Assembly (NCBI GenBank): GCA_964563585.1
Contig: CAZLXG010000004.1
Span: 8,594 to 62,972 of the forward strand
DNA: 54,379 nucleotides
DNA from: an uncultured Flavobacteriaceae bacterium
GTDB taxonomy: Bacteria; Bacteroidota; Bacteroidia; Flavobacteriales; Flavobacteriaceae
Direction: 5' to 3'
Shown: piece by piece, positions 46,021 through 54,379 of the stretch
Position numbering within the stretch: the first letter of the stretch is position 1
Layout of the letters: each line of letters begins with the position of its first letter
Notes under the pieces: generated by a model
Databases searched by the model: none
Told to the model about the DNA's origin: nothing
What the model saw: the letters and a program-made list of their open reading frames with translations, nothing else
Translations under genes and position numbers: made by a program

Positions 46021-47562
46021 ATGAAACAACCCAACCAACTTCAAGGATTTAAAGTAGATAAAAGTAGGATAATAAGCCTTGAAAAAGGAAAAATACCACC
46101 ACAAGCTCTTGATTTAGAAGAAGTTGTTCTTGGAGCGATGATGATTGATAAAAAAGGGGTTGATGAAGTTATCGATATTTTAAGTCCAGATGCTTTTTAT
46201 AAAGAAGCCCATCAACATATTTTTGAAGCAATTTTTCATTTGTTTGAAAATAGCGAACCTGTCGATTTGTTAACCGTTTCTACTCAGTTAAAGAAAAATT
46301 CAAAATTAGAATTGGCTGGTGGAGATTTCTATCTTATCTCGCTAACGCAAAAAGTATCATCTTCTGCACATATAGAATTTCATGCACGCATCATTTTACA
46401 AAAATTTATTCAACGTAGTTTAATAAAAATTTCAAGCGAAATTATTGAAGATGCGTATGATGAAACAAAAGATGTTTTCGATTTATTAGATAACGCCGAG
46501 TCTAAACTTTACGAAGTTACACAAGGTAATATTAAAAAATCTAGTGAAACAGCACAAGATTTAGTAATACAAGCCAAAAAGAAAATTGAAGAAATATCTA
46601 ATAAAGAAGGGCTTAGTGGTATTCCAACTGGGTTTCATAAGCTAGATAAGCTAACTTCTGGTTGGCAACCTTCAGATTTAATTATTATTGCTGCTCGTCC
46701 AGGTATGGGTAAAACGGCTTTAACGTTATCTATGGCTAGAAATATAGCTGTAGACCAAAATATACCCGTTGCTTTTTTCTCTCTAGAAATGGCATCAGTA
46801 CAGTTAATCACACGTTTAATTTCTAGTGAAACAGGATTGTCTTCTGAAAAATTACGTACAGGTAAATTAGAAAAACATGAATGGGAACAATTAAATGTAA
46901 AAGTAAAAGGTTTAGAAAAAGCACCGCTATTTATTGATGATACGCCATCACTTTCAATTTTTGATTTACGTGCAAAAGCTCGTCGTTTAGCGTCTCAGCA
47001 TGGTATAAAACTAATCATGATTGATTATTTACAGTTAATGACTGGTGGTAGTAATCATAGTGGAAATCGTGAGCAAGAAATATCGATGATTTCTAGAAAT
47101 TTAAAAGCTTTAGCAAAAGAATTAAGTATTCCAGTAATTGCATTATCTCAATTATCGCGTGCGGTTGAAACACGTGGAGGAAGTAAACGACCTTTACTTT
47201 CAGATTTACGTGAATCTGGAGCGATTGAGCAAGATGCCGATATTGTATCGTTTATTTTTAGACCCGAATATTATAAAATTGATGAATGGGATGATGACGA
47301 ACGCTCACCAACTGAAGGGCAAGCGGAATTTATTATAGCAAAACACCGTAATGGAGGTTTAGATAATATAAGATTAAAGTTTATTGGTAATTTAGGTAAG
47401 TTTGATAATCTGGACGATTTTGATTCACCTTTCGAGTTTCATTCAAAAATGAATGCAGCAGCTAACGACGATACCTTTAAAACTGATAACTTTAAAGCAA
47501 GTCCAGACCAAGCTTTTGGTAGTTCGTTTAACGAAGAAGATGAAAATGAAGTGCCATTTTAA
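46021..47562 (+). CDS. dnaB: replicative DNA helicase
   Basis: 513 aa. PPQALDLEEVVLGAMM N-terminal domain, Walker A ARPGMGKT, SLEM, IDYLQLM, and LSQLSRAVETRGG.KRP.LSDLRESGAIEQDAD. Confidence 0.97.
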   Translation: MKQPNQLQGFKVDKSRIISLEKGKIPPQALDLEEVVLGAMMIDKKGVDEVIDILSPDAFYKEAHQHIFEAIFHLFENSEPVDLLTVSTQLKKNSKLELAGGDFYLISLTQKVSSSAHIEFHARIILQKFIQRSLIKISSEIIEDAYDETKDVFDLLDNAESKLYEVTQGNIKKSSETAQDLVIQAKKKIEEISNKEGLSGIPTGFHKLDKLTSGWQPSDLIIIAARPGMGKTALTLSMARNIAVDQNIPVAFFSLEMASVQLITRLISSETGLSSEKLRTGKLEKHEWEQLNVKVKGLEKAPLFIDDTPSLSIFDLRAKARRLASQHGIKLIMIDYLQLMTGGSNHSGNREQEISMISRNLKALAKELSIPVIALSQLSRAVETRGGSKRPLLSDLRESGAIEQDADIVSFIFRPEYYKIDEWDDDERSPTEGQAEFIIAKHRNGGLDNIRLKFIGNLGKFDNLDDFDSPFEFHSKMNAAANDDTFKTDNFKASPDQAFGSSFNEEDENEVPF

Positions 47563-47598
47563 AAGTTAATTAACTTCTATTTTAAAAAGAAAACTTAC

Positions 47599-48612
47599 AT
47601 GTTAAACGAGCGAAGAACCACAAATATATTATTACTAATTATTGTTATACCAATAGTTTTTTATTTATTAAAAGTATTGTCTTTTATATGTATTCCGTTG
47701 GTGTTTTCTATGTTTATTGCCTTACTATTTTTACCATTAATGCGTTGGTTAGGCAAACGTAAAGTGCCAAAAATTGTAAGTATTATTATAGTTTTACTAT
47801 TAATTATTGGAGGTTTTAAAGTAGGGGTAGAGCTTGTAAAATTATCAAGTAAACAAATTATAGCTACAGATACAGCTTTCTTTGATAAAGCAGAAGGGAA
47901 AATTCATGACGTAGCAGTTTATTTGGAAACTACTTTTGGGTTAGAAATACAAGAAAACCAAAATTTACTTGGTCAATTGGTGAAAAAAGAAAATATAGGA
48001 ACGACTGTAGATTTTTTAAGAAAATTTTTAACCATGTTACTCATGACTGCATTTTTTGTAGTGCTTTTGTTAGCAGAATCTATTAATGCACACGAAGTGC
48101 TAAATAAAGTAGTTTTAAAAGGTAAACATGCATCTATACGTGCTTTTAGAAAAATTGAAAAAGAACTTATTACTTTTATTAAAGTGAAGTTTTTGGTTAG
48201 CTTTTTAACAGGAGTTGGTACAGGTTTAGCTTGTTATTTCTTTGATGTGAGCTTCCCTATTTTTTGGGGGCTTTTTGCATTTGTAATTAATTTTGTGCAA
48301 ATGGTGGGTTCTTTTATTGCAGTAATTCTACTTTCTATTTTTGCGTTTGTAGAATTAGAACCAACAAGTATATTACTGTTTTTTATATTATCTATAACAG
48401 GAGTACAAATAATATTTGGCGCCATTTTAGAACCAATTTTCATGGGTAAATCATTCTCTATAAATATTATAGCAGTATTAATTATGTTAATGTTTTGGGG
48501 ATTTCTATGGGGAATTCCAGGGCTTATTATGGCAATACCAATTACTGTATTTCTTAAAATTATTTTCGAACAGTTTCCAAGTACTAAAAATATTTCAGAT
48601 TTAATGTCTTAA
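47599..48612 (+). CDS. AI-2E family transporter (PerM/YdiK-like permease)
   Basis: 337 aa polytopic protein. The C-terminal WGFLWGIPGLIMAIPITVFLKIIFE is the family signature. Confidence 0.8.
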   Translation: MLNERRTTNILLLIIVIPIVFYLLKVLSFICIPLVFSMFIALLFLPLMRWLGKRKVPKIVSIIIVLLLIIGGFKVGVELVKLSSKQIIATDTAFFDKAEGKIHDVAVYLETTFGLEIQENQNLLGQLVKKENIGTTVDFLRKFLTMLLMTAFFVVLLLAESINAHEVLNKVVLKGKHASIRAFRKIEKELITFIKVKFLVSFLTGVGTGLACYFFDVSFPIFWGLFAFVINFVQMVGSFIAVILLSIFAFVELEPTSILLFFILSITGVQIIFGAILEPIFMGKSFSINIIAVLIMLMFWGFLWGIPGLIMAIPITVFLKIIFEQFPSTKNISDLMS

Positions 48613-48828
48613 TTACACACATCTTATAACTGGAAATTTCAACAACAATTATTACAGCACGTAGGTAAAAGCTATGATGTAATTAATATTCAATTGACTT
48701 CAATTGACTTCAAATGGCAAAAAATTAGTTTACTATTTTGATATCACTTCTTTTTTCGGAAAGTTTTAATCCCTAATATTTCCTTAAACCATTTCAATCA
48801 ACATTATTTTTTAAGTATCTTTCGGTCT

Positions 48829-50085
48829 ATGAAAAGACTGTGCCTCATTATTTTCTTATTATTCTCTATAAATACATTTGCATCTTATATTCTTATTCCT
48901 ATGGATGTAGAGAGCCAGAAAAATCATTTAAAAGCTTACGGTATAACTTATTGGACACTTAATAAGCAGTTAAAAATTAAATGGTTGTTAAATTATAGAG
49001 GTGGCTCTTTTTTGTTGCCAGATTCAGAAGAAATTCAACGTGAATGTCAAATACGTGGTGTGTCTTTCGAGGTTATTTCTAACGCTAAAGCAGAAAGTAT
49101 TTTAGAAGAAATTAGTAGTCCGAGTAAAAATATGGAAGCCGTTGTTTTAGAAAAAGCTCCAAAAATAGCGGTGTATACACCGTATGGAAATCAACCTTGG
49201 GATGATGCAGTAACTATGGTTTTGAAGTATGCAGAAATCCCTTATGAAACTATTTATGACGAAGAAGTTTTAAACGACAGTTTGTTGTTATTTGATTGGT
49301 TGCATTTGCATCATGAAGATTTCACAGGACAGTACGGAAAATTTTATGGAACTTATAGATCTGCAGCTTGGTATATAAATGAAAAAAAGGAAGCTGAAAC
49401 ATTGTCTGAAAAACTGGGATATAGTAAAGTATCTGACGAAAAATTAGATGTTGCTTTAAAAATTAGAGACTATGTTGTAGGTGGTGGATTCATGTTCGCT
49501 ATGTGTAGTGCTACCGATAGTTTTGATATTGCACTTTCTGCCGAAGGTATTGATATTTGTGAGCCTATGTTTGATGGCGATGGAAGTAGCCCGAGCTATC
49601 AAAATAAAATAGATTATAGAAATACCTTTGCTTTTACTAATTATATTTTAGAACGAAGCCCAACAATTTATGAGTTTTCTTCTATTGATACTACTAGAAA
49701 ACGACATATTTCAAGAACTGTAGATTATTTTTCTCTTATGGAATTTTCAGCAAAATGGGACCCAATTCCAACTATGCTATGTCAGAACCATACAGCTTTA
49801 GTTAAAGGGTTTATGGGGCAAACTACGGCTTTTACAAGAAATGAAATAAAATCGAACGTATTGGTAATGGGTGAGAATAAAAGTAATGGAGAAGCAAAAT
49901 ATATTCACGGAATAAAAGGAAAAGGATTTTTTACATTTTATGGAGGGCACGACCCAGAAGATTATCAGCATAGAGTAGGAGATGCTAAAACCGAACTCGA
50001 TTTGCATCCAACATCACCAGGTTATAGGCTTATTTTGAATAATGTACTTTTTCCTGCGGCACGAAAAAAGAAGCAGAAGACTTAA
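48829..50085 (+). CDS. conserved hypothetical secreted protein
   Basis: 418 aa with a signal peptide (LLFSINTFASY). GGGFMFAMCSATDSFD could be a nucleophile-elbow Cys of a class-I glutamine-amidotransferase-like fold, but this is speculative. Confidence 0.55.
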   Translation: MKRLCLIIFLLFSINTFASYILIPMDVESQKNHLKAYGITYWTLNKQLKIKWLLNYRGGSFLLPDSEEIQRECQIRGVSFEVISNAKAESILEEISSPSKNMEAVVLEKAPKIAVYTPYGNQPWDDAVTMVLKYAEIPYETIYDEEVLNDSLLLFDWLHLHHEDFTGQYGKFYGTYRSAAWYINEKKEAETLSEKLGYSKVSDEKLDVALKIRDYVVGGGFMFAMCSATDSFDIALSAEGIDICEPMFDGDGSSPSYQNKIDYRNTFAFTNYILERSPTIYEFSSIDTTRKRHISRTVDYFSLMEFSAKWDPIPTMLCQNHTALVKGFMGQTTAFTRNEIKSNVLVMGENKSNGEAKYIHGIKGKGFFTFYGGHDPEDYQHRVGDAKTELDLHPTSPGYRLILNNVLFPAARKKKQKT

Positions 50086-50158
50086 TTTATTTTTTTAACT
50101 TTAGATAAATTCAAATTACTAAGGCTTTAAAATAGTATATGTATTATAACCACCTATT

Positions 50159-50471
50159 TTAATTATCAGAAATTATTATTCTCTGAAATTCATATAAATA
50201 TCTGTCTGCACCGTCTCCTTCTGAAGTTATATTTTGATTAATAGTTAAACTTTCAGTATCAATCACAAGGTTTCCAAATTCATTATTATCAACGATAAGA
50301 AAAGATTTATCATTGGTGTTTAAAACAGAAAACGTATAAGTTCCAGAGTTTAATCCATCTTCAATACTCTCGTCTTTATTAGTGTTTATAACTGTTAAGC
50401 TTGATGTTTCTTCATTAAAATGCCATATAATAGTTTCTAATTCAAATTGCTTATTAACACCAGAAAATCAT
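50159..50471 (-). pseudogene. start-less ~102-codon open frame (possible truncated or frameshifted small gene)
   Basis: Hand translation: FSGVNKQFELETIIWHFNEETSSLTVINTNKDESIEDGLNSGTYTFSVLNTNDKSFLIVDNNEFGNLVIDTESLTINQNITSEGDGADRYLYEFQRIIISDN*. There is no ATG, GTG or TTG in frame. The only ATG (50469-50471) is one frame off and runs into a stop after five codons. Confidence 0.3.
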
Positions 50472-50491
50472 GTGTACGTTACTTAAAGGTT

Positions 50492-50527
50492 AAAAAAAAA
50501 TCCAATTCAATTAAGAATTGGATTTTT
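50492..50527 (-). terminator. rho-independent terminator of the thrS-infC-rpmI-rplT operon
   Basis: Read on the minus strand: aaatccaattc-ttaatt-gaattggattt followed by a T9 run, about 40 nt after the rplT stop. Confidence 0.75.
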
Positions 50528-50564
50528 ATTAAGCGAATAATATGTTTATAATAGGCTAAATGCC

Positions 50565-50909
50565 TTATTTTACTTTATCAATTACAGCTTTAAAAGCTTC
50601 AGGGCTATTCATAGCTAAATCTGCTAAAACCTTACGGTTTAATTCAATATCATTAGCTTTTAATTTCCCCATAAATTGAGAATAAGATAAACCATGTAAT
50701 CTGGCTCCAGCGTTAATACGCGTAATCCATAATGCACGGAATGTTCTTTTTTTGTTTCTACGGTCTCTATACGAATATAGCATCGCTTTATCAACCGCAT
50801 TTTTTGCTACTGTCCAAACGTTTTTACGTCTTCCAAAGTAACCTTTTGCTTGCTTAAGAACCTTTTTTCTTCTGGCTCTCTTCGCAACTGAATTTACTGA
50901 TCTTGGCAT
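50565..50909 (-). CDS. rplT: 50S ribosomal protein L20
   Basis: 114 aa. [30 protein letters not shown] is canonical L20. Confidence 0.97.
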   Translation of the reverse strand: MPRSVNSVAKRARRKKVLKQAKGYFGRRKNVWTVAKNAVDKAMLYSYRDRRNKKRTFRALWITRINAGARLHGLSYSQFMGKLKANDIELNRKVLADLAMNSPEAFKAVIDKVK

Positions 50910-51008
50910 AATTTTAATTGTTTTTTGTAGTAGGCGATCAACTTAATGATACTTTTTTGTTTGCCTAACTCCAGGGTTATTAATTTGTTTTAACCTATTA
51001 AAACAATA

Positions 51009-51206
51009 TTACTTTAAACGTAACATTGTTTTAATATTGCTCTCATCTGCTTTATGTACTAAACCATCATGAGTTAGCTTAAGCTTACGCTTTTTAGATT
51101 TCTTTGTTAAGATGTGACTCTTAAAAGCGTGCTTTCTTTTAATCTTACCAGTACCTGTTATTTTAAAACGTTTTTTGGCACTAGATTTGGTTTTCATTTT
51201 AGGCAT
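51009..51206 (-). CDS. rpmI: 50S ribosomal protein L35
   Basis: 65 aa. [33 protein letters not shown] is canonical L35. Confidence 0.95.
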   Translation of the reverse strand: MPKMKTKSSAKKRFKITGTGKIKRKHAFKSHILTKKSKKRKLKLTHDGLVHKADESNIKTMLRLK

Positions 51207-51272
51207 TTTCTTCTCCTAGTTTTTAATTATCGCTTAATTATCTTTTATACTGAAATGTATCAGTATCCTTTT

Positions 51273-51821
51273 TTATTTTTTTGGAGCAATAAACATAGTC
51301 ATACGTTTACCCTCTAATCTTGGCATTTGTTCAACTTTACCAAATTCCTCAAGGTCTTGTGCTAAACGCAACAATAAAATATGACCTTTCTCTTTAAATA
51401 TAATTGAACGCCCTTTAAAAAACACGAAAGCTTTTAACTTCGCGCCTTCTTTTAAGAACTTTTCAGCATGTTTCTTTTTAAAAGCATAATCATGATCGTC
51501 GGTATTTGGACCAAAACGAATCTCTTTGATTATAACTTTAGTAGCTTTAGATTTTAGAGCTTTATCACGTTTCTTTTGTTCGTAAAGAAACTTTTTATAA
51601 TCCATAACCTTACATACAGGTGGATCTGCTTTTGGTGAAATCTCTACCAAATCCAACCCTTGCTCATCAGCTATTTTTAATGCGTCACGAGTACTATAGA
51701 CACCTATTTCAACGTTGTCTCCAACTAGTCGAATATTTGGTGCTAAAATTTTAGAGTTAATCTTATGCTTGTCTTCTTGAATAACCCTTCTATTGGGTTG
51801 TCTTCTTCTACGTATTGCTAT
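51273..51821 (-). CDS. infC: translation initiation factor IF-3, with a non-canonical ATA start
   Basis: The track ORF (TTG at 51656) lacks the N-domain. The frame stays open upstream and encodes (M)[63 protein letters not shown], a typical IF-3 N-terminus. The first possible codon after the in-frame TAA is ATA at 51819-51821, and there is no ATG, GTG or TTG in between. Confidence 0.85.
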   Translation of the reverse strand: MAIRRRRQPNRRVIQEDKHKINSKILAPNIRLVGDNVEIGVYSTRDALKIADEQGLDLVEISPKADPPVCKVMDYKKFLYEQKKRDKALKSKATKVIIKEIRFGPNTDDHDYAFKKKHAEKFLKEGAKLKAFVFFKGRSIIFKEKGHILLLRLAQDLEEFGKVEQMPRLEGKRMTMFIAPKK

Positions 51822-51855
51822 GACTTTGTAATTTTAGTTAAACTTATTTTTATTT

Positions 51856-53790
51856 TTAAAACGGTTTTAGCGTTTTATTTATTTCTTTTTTAATTATTTC
51901 AGAAAATGCTTCAACAGAAATCATTCCTAAATCTGCACCACCATGTTGTCGCACAGTTATTTTTCCTTCTTTCTCTTCTTGTTCCCCTATAATAATCATA
52001 TATGGGTGTTTTTGCATTTCTGCTTCTCGAATCTTCTTCCCTACAGTTTCATTTCTATGATCAACGAGGGCGCGAATTTCGTCATTTTCTAGCAAATGTA
52101 AAACTTTTTCAGAGTATTTTTCATATTTCTCGCTAATAGATAAAATAATTGCCTGTGTTGGCATTAACCAAAGCGGGAAATTACCACCTGTATGTTCTAA
52201 TAATAATGCTACAAAACGTTCCATGCTTCCAAAAGGTGCACGATGTATCATTATAGGTCTATGTAGCTCATTATCACTACCTTTATAAGTTAAGTCAAAA
52301 CGTTCTGGCAAGTTGTAATCTACTTGAATAGTACCAAGTTGCCAACGTCTTCCTAAGGCATCTTTTACCATAAAATCTAACTTAGGGCCATAAAAAGCAG
52401 CTTCACCTTCTACAACAACATAATCCAACCCTTTATCCTTGGCAGCATTAATAATTGCGTTTTCAGCTTTTTCCCAATTAGCAACATCTCCAATATACTT
52501 GTCGGGATTTTTAGGATCCCTTACAGAAACTTGAGTACTAAAATTCTCAAAACCTAATGCGCCAAATACATAAAGCACTAAATCTATAACGCTTTTAAAC
52601 TCTTGATCAAGTTGATCTGGCATACAAAATATATGAGCATCATCTTGTGTAAAACCTCTAACACGAGTTAAACCGTGTAATTCGCCACTTTGTTCGTATC
52701 TATAAACAGTTCCAAACTCAGCATAACGTTTAGGTAAATCTTTGTAACTCCATTGAAAGCTATTATATATTTCGCAATGGTGCGGACAATTCATAGGTTT
52801 TAATAAAAATTCCTCACCATCTTTAGGTGTAAGAATAGGCTGAAAACTATCTTCACCATATTTAGCATAATGTCCAGAAGTAACATAAAGTTCTTTCTGT
52901 CCAATATGTGGTGTAATAACCATTTCGTATCCAGCTTTCTTTTGTGCGGCTTTCAAGAAATTTTCTAAACGCTCACGTAAAGCGGCGCCTTTAGGTAGCC
53001 ATAAAGGTAAACCCTGTCCAACTTTTTTCGAAAACGTAAAAAGCTCTAATTCTTTCCCTAGTTTTCTATGGTCACGTTTTTTTGCTTCTTCTAATAAATG
53101 TAAATGCTCCGTCAACTCTTTTTGTTTCGGGAACGAAATTCCGTAAACACGAGTAAGTTGTGGGTTATTTTCATTACCTCTCCAATACGCACCAGCAACA
53201 CTTAAAATTTTCACAGCTTTAATAATACCAGTATTAGGTATATGTCCACCACGGCATAAATCTGTAAAAGTAGAATGATTACAAAAAGTAATCGTACCAT
53301 CTTCCAAGTTTTCAATCAACTCAGTTTTAAATTCGTTACCTTTATATAAAGCCAAAGCTTCAGATTTACTAACATCACGCATTTTAAACTCATGCTTCCC
53401 TCTAGCAATCTCAATCATTTTATCCTCAATAGATTTAAAGTTCTTTTCAGATAAAGTTTCCTCACCAAAATCTACATCATAATAAAACCCATTCTCAATA
53501 GCAGGACCAATAGTAAGTTTAGCATCACTATATAGTTCCTCAATCGCTTGAGCTAATACATGTGCAGAACTATGCCAAAAAGCAGTCTTACCTTCATCAT
53601 TTCTCCAAGTATATAAAACCAAACTCCCATCAGTAGTTAAAGGCGTAACAGTTTCTACGGTTGTACCGTTAAAATTTGCCGAAATCACATTTCTAGCAAA
53701 CCCTTCACTAATGCTTTTAGCAACATCCATTGGTGTAACGTTTTCCTCAAACTGTTTCACACTTCCGTCTGGCAATGTAATATGTATCAT
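51856..53790 (-). CDS. thrS: threonine--tRNA ligase
   Basis: 644 aa. TGS domain MIHITLPDGSVKQF, editing-domain HSSAHVLAQA, class II motifs (FRYEQSGELHGLTRVRGFTQDDAHIF, GTIQVDY), and an anticodon-binding tail. Confidence 0.97.
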   Translation of the reverse strand: MIHITLPDGSVKQFEENVTPMDVAKSISEGFARNVISANFNGTTVETVTPLTTDGSLVLYTWRNDEGKTAFWHSSAHVLAQAIEELYSDAKLTIGPAIENGFYYDVDFGEETLSEKNFKSIEDKMIEIARGKHEFKMRDVSKSEALALYKGNEFKTELIENLEDGTITFCNHSTFTDLCRGGHIPNTGIIKAVKILSVAGAYWRGNENNPQLTRVYGISFPKQKELTEHLHLLEEAKKRDHRKLGKELELFTFSKKVGQGLPLWLPKGAALRERLENFLKAAQKKAGYEMVITPHIGQKELYVTSGHYAKYGEDSFQPILTPKDGEEFLLKPMNCPHHCEIYNSFQWSYKDLPKRYAEFGTVYRYEQSGELHGLTRVRGFTQDDAHIFCMPDQLDQEFKSVIDLVLYVFGALGFENFSTQVSVRDPKNPDKYIGDVANWEKAENAIINAAKDKGLDYVVVEGEAAFYGPKLDFMVKDALGRRWQLGTIQVDYNLPERFDLTYKGSDNELHRPIMIHRAPFGSMERFVALLLEHTGGNFPLWLMPTQAIILSISEKYEKYSEKVLHLLENDEIRALVDHRNETVGKKIREAEMQKHPYMIIIGEQEEKEGKITVRQHGGADLGMISVEAFSEIIKKEINKTLKPF

Positions 53791-54253
53791 AAAATAAATT
53801 AAAATCTGAGTGCAAAGATAATAGTATAAACAGATACATACAATATATATATAGGTATAATTTTAATTTTGGCGTTACCTTGTTAAAAAACAAGGTCGGG
53901 CTTTGCTCTCTATCTTTTTTAAGTGCCTTAAAAAAGGATGCCGTTACAATCCCTAACGCGGGCAAGTTTGTTAAGATTGAGTGTTTTTCTTTGTTCGGTT
54001 TGAGTTTGCATATACCAGTTCTAGTAAAAACGAATCAATCCGCAACTATTTTATTATTACTGCAAGCTTAAATAAGGTATCAGGATACATGATTCTAGAT
54101 ACACCTTAATAGATATATAAGCCACCACCCGCTAATAATTTCTCATTGGCACCAGCTTTTTTTTCATGTGTAACCAAGCGTGAATCAAGACCATAGAAAA
54201 CAATGTTAAAAATAGATTTAAAAAAAAAGGTTAGGAATTGTGGTTATAGGATG

Positions 54254-54261
54254 TACATTTG
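54254..54261 (+). promoter_or_regulatory. -7 promoter box (TAcaTTTG) of a stable-RNA-type promoter reading out of the right window edge
   Basis: tacatttgcacccgcttagcagca shares the 12-mer tttgcacccgct with the tRNA-Lys promoter (minus strand at 38361-38372). Downstream, caccgttcttaaagcc resembles a boxA antiterminator. No ORF follows. Confidence 0.45.
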
Positions 54262-54379
54262 CACCCGCTTAGCAGCACAGACCTTAAAATCTGTAGAGCA
54301 AAGCACCGTTCTTAAAGCCTATTGAAAATAGTATAAAAAAAGCTTAAAAAAGTTGTTGTGATAATAAAAATGTGTTGTA

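Noticed and set aside
48691-48716. The tandem caattgactt-caattgactt-caaatg, considered as a possible CRISPR or mini-satellite.
   Set aside because: There are only about 2.5 copies of a 10-mer with no spacers. It is too short to be anything but a small duplication in the spacer upstream of 48829.
53747-54071. ORFs 53747-53965 (minus) and 53880-54071 (plus) upstream of thrS.
   Set aside because: They overlap each other and the hairpin/GC-rich islet. The minus-strand ORF overlaps the thrS start, and neither has motifs. The region is treated as non-coding.

Overview
This is a gene-dense, visibly AT-rich chromosomal segment that looks like Flavobacteriia (Bacteroidota). Three things point there: T9SS type-B C-terminal sorting domains, TAnnTTTG-type -7 promoter boxes, and the absence of obvious Shine-Dalgarno sites. 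All product calls come from motif and family recognition by eye; no searches were run.

Most of the window is housekeeping:
- lysA, sucC, uvrB, ctaA, cca-type nucleotidyltransferase, tsaC, dapD
- ruvX, def, aroK, tgt, an lptF/G-type permease, accA, dnaB
- the thrS-infC-rpmI-rplT operon
- two tRNAs, Leu-GAG and Lys-UUU

Accessory or unusual content:
1. Three co-oriented giant T9SS type-B surface-protein genes lie at 8477-18618, behind an ABC-2 exporter pair. Each combines a different N-terminal head with a variable number of an unnamed ~94-aa Cys-bracketed module. Two of them carry a 1,253-bp, apparently 100% identical 3-prime block, repeated directly at a 2,451-bp period. This is the best candidate for an undescribed system: a head-swapping or gene-converting adhesin locus.
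2. A two-gene cassette at 20634-22220 (atypical kinase-like protein plus pRiA4b-ORF3-like protein) is bracketed by two direct copies of an ~80-bp double-hairpin element.
3. An LPS-core-like glycosyltransferase/kinase/sulfatase cluster at 25651-32054 includes a fused GT9-GT2 protein.
4. Several decayed or frameshifted genes are present:
   - a Crp/Fnr regulator that loses its HTH through a 1-nt shift in an A-run
   - an EamA transporter split at an (ATTT)4 repeat
   - a GxxExxY-like remnant inside a 13-bp inverted repeat
   - a VCBS/CRTAC1-like relic between the two tRNAs
   - a start-less ORF next to the rplT terminator

infC appears to start at a non-canonical ATA codon. The right edge of the window looks like a stable-RNA (probably rRNA operon) promoter and leader. 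No CRISPR array, transposase, integrase or prophage genes were seen.
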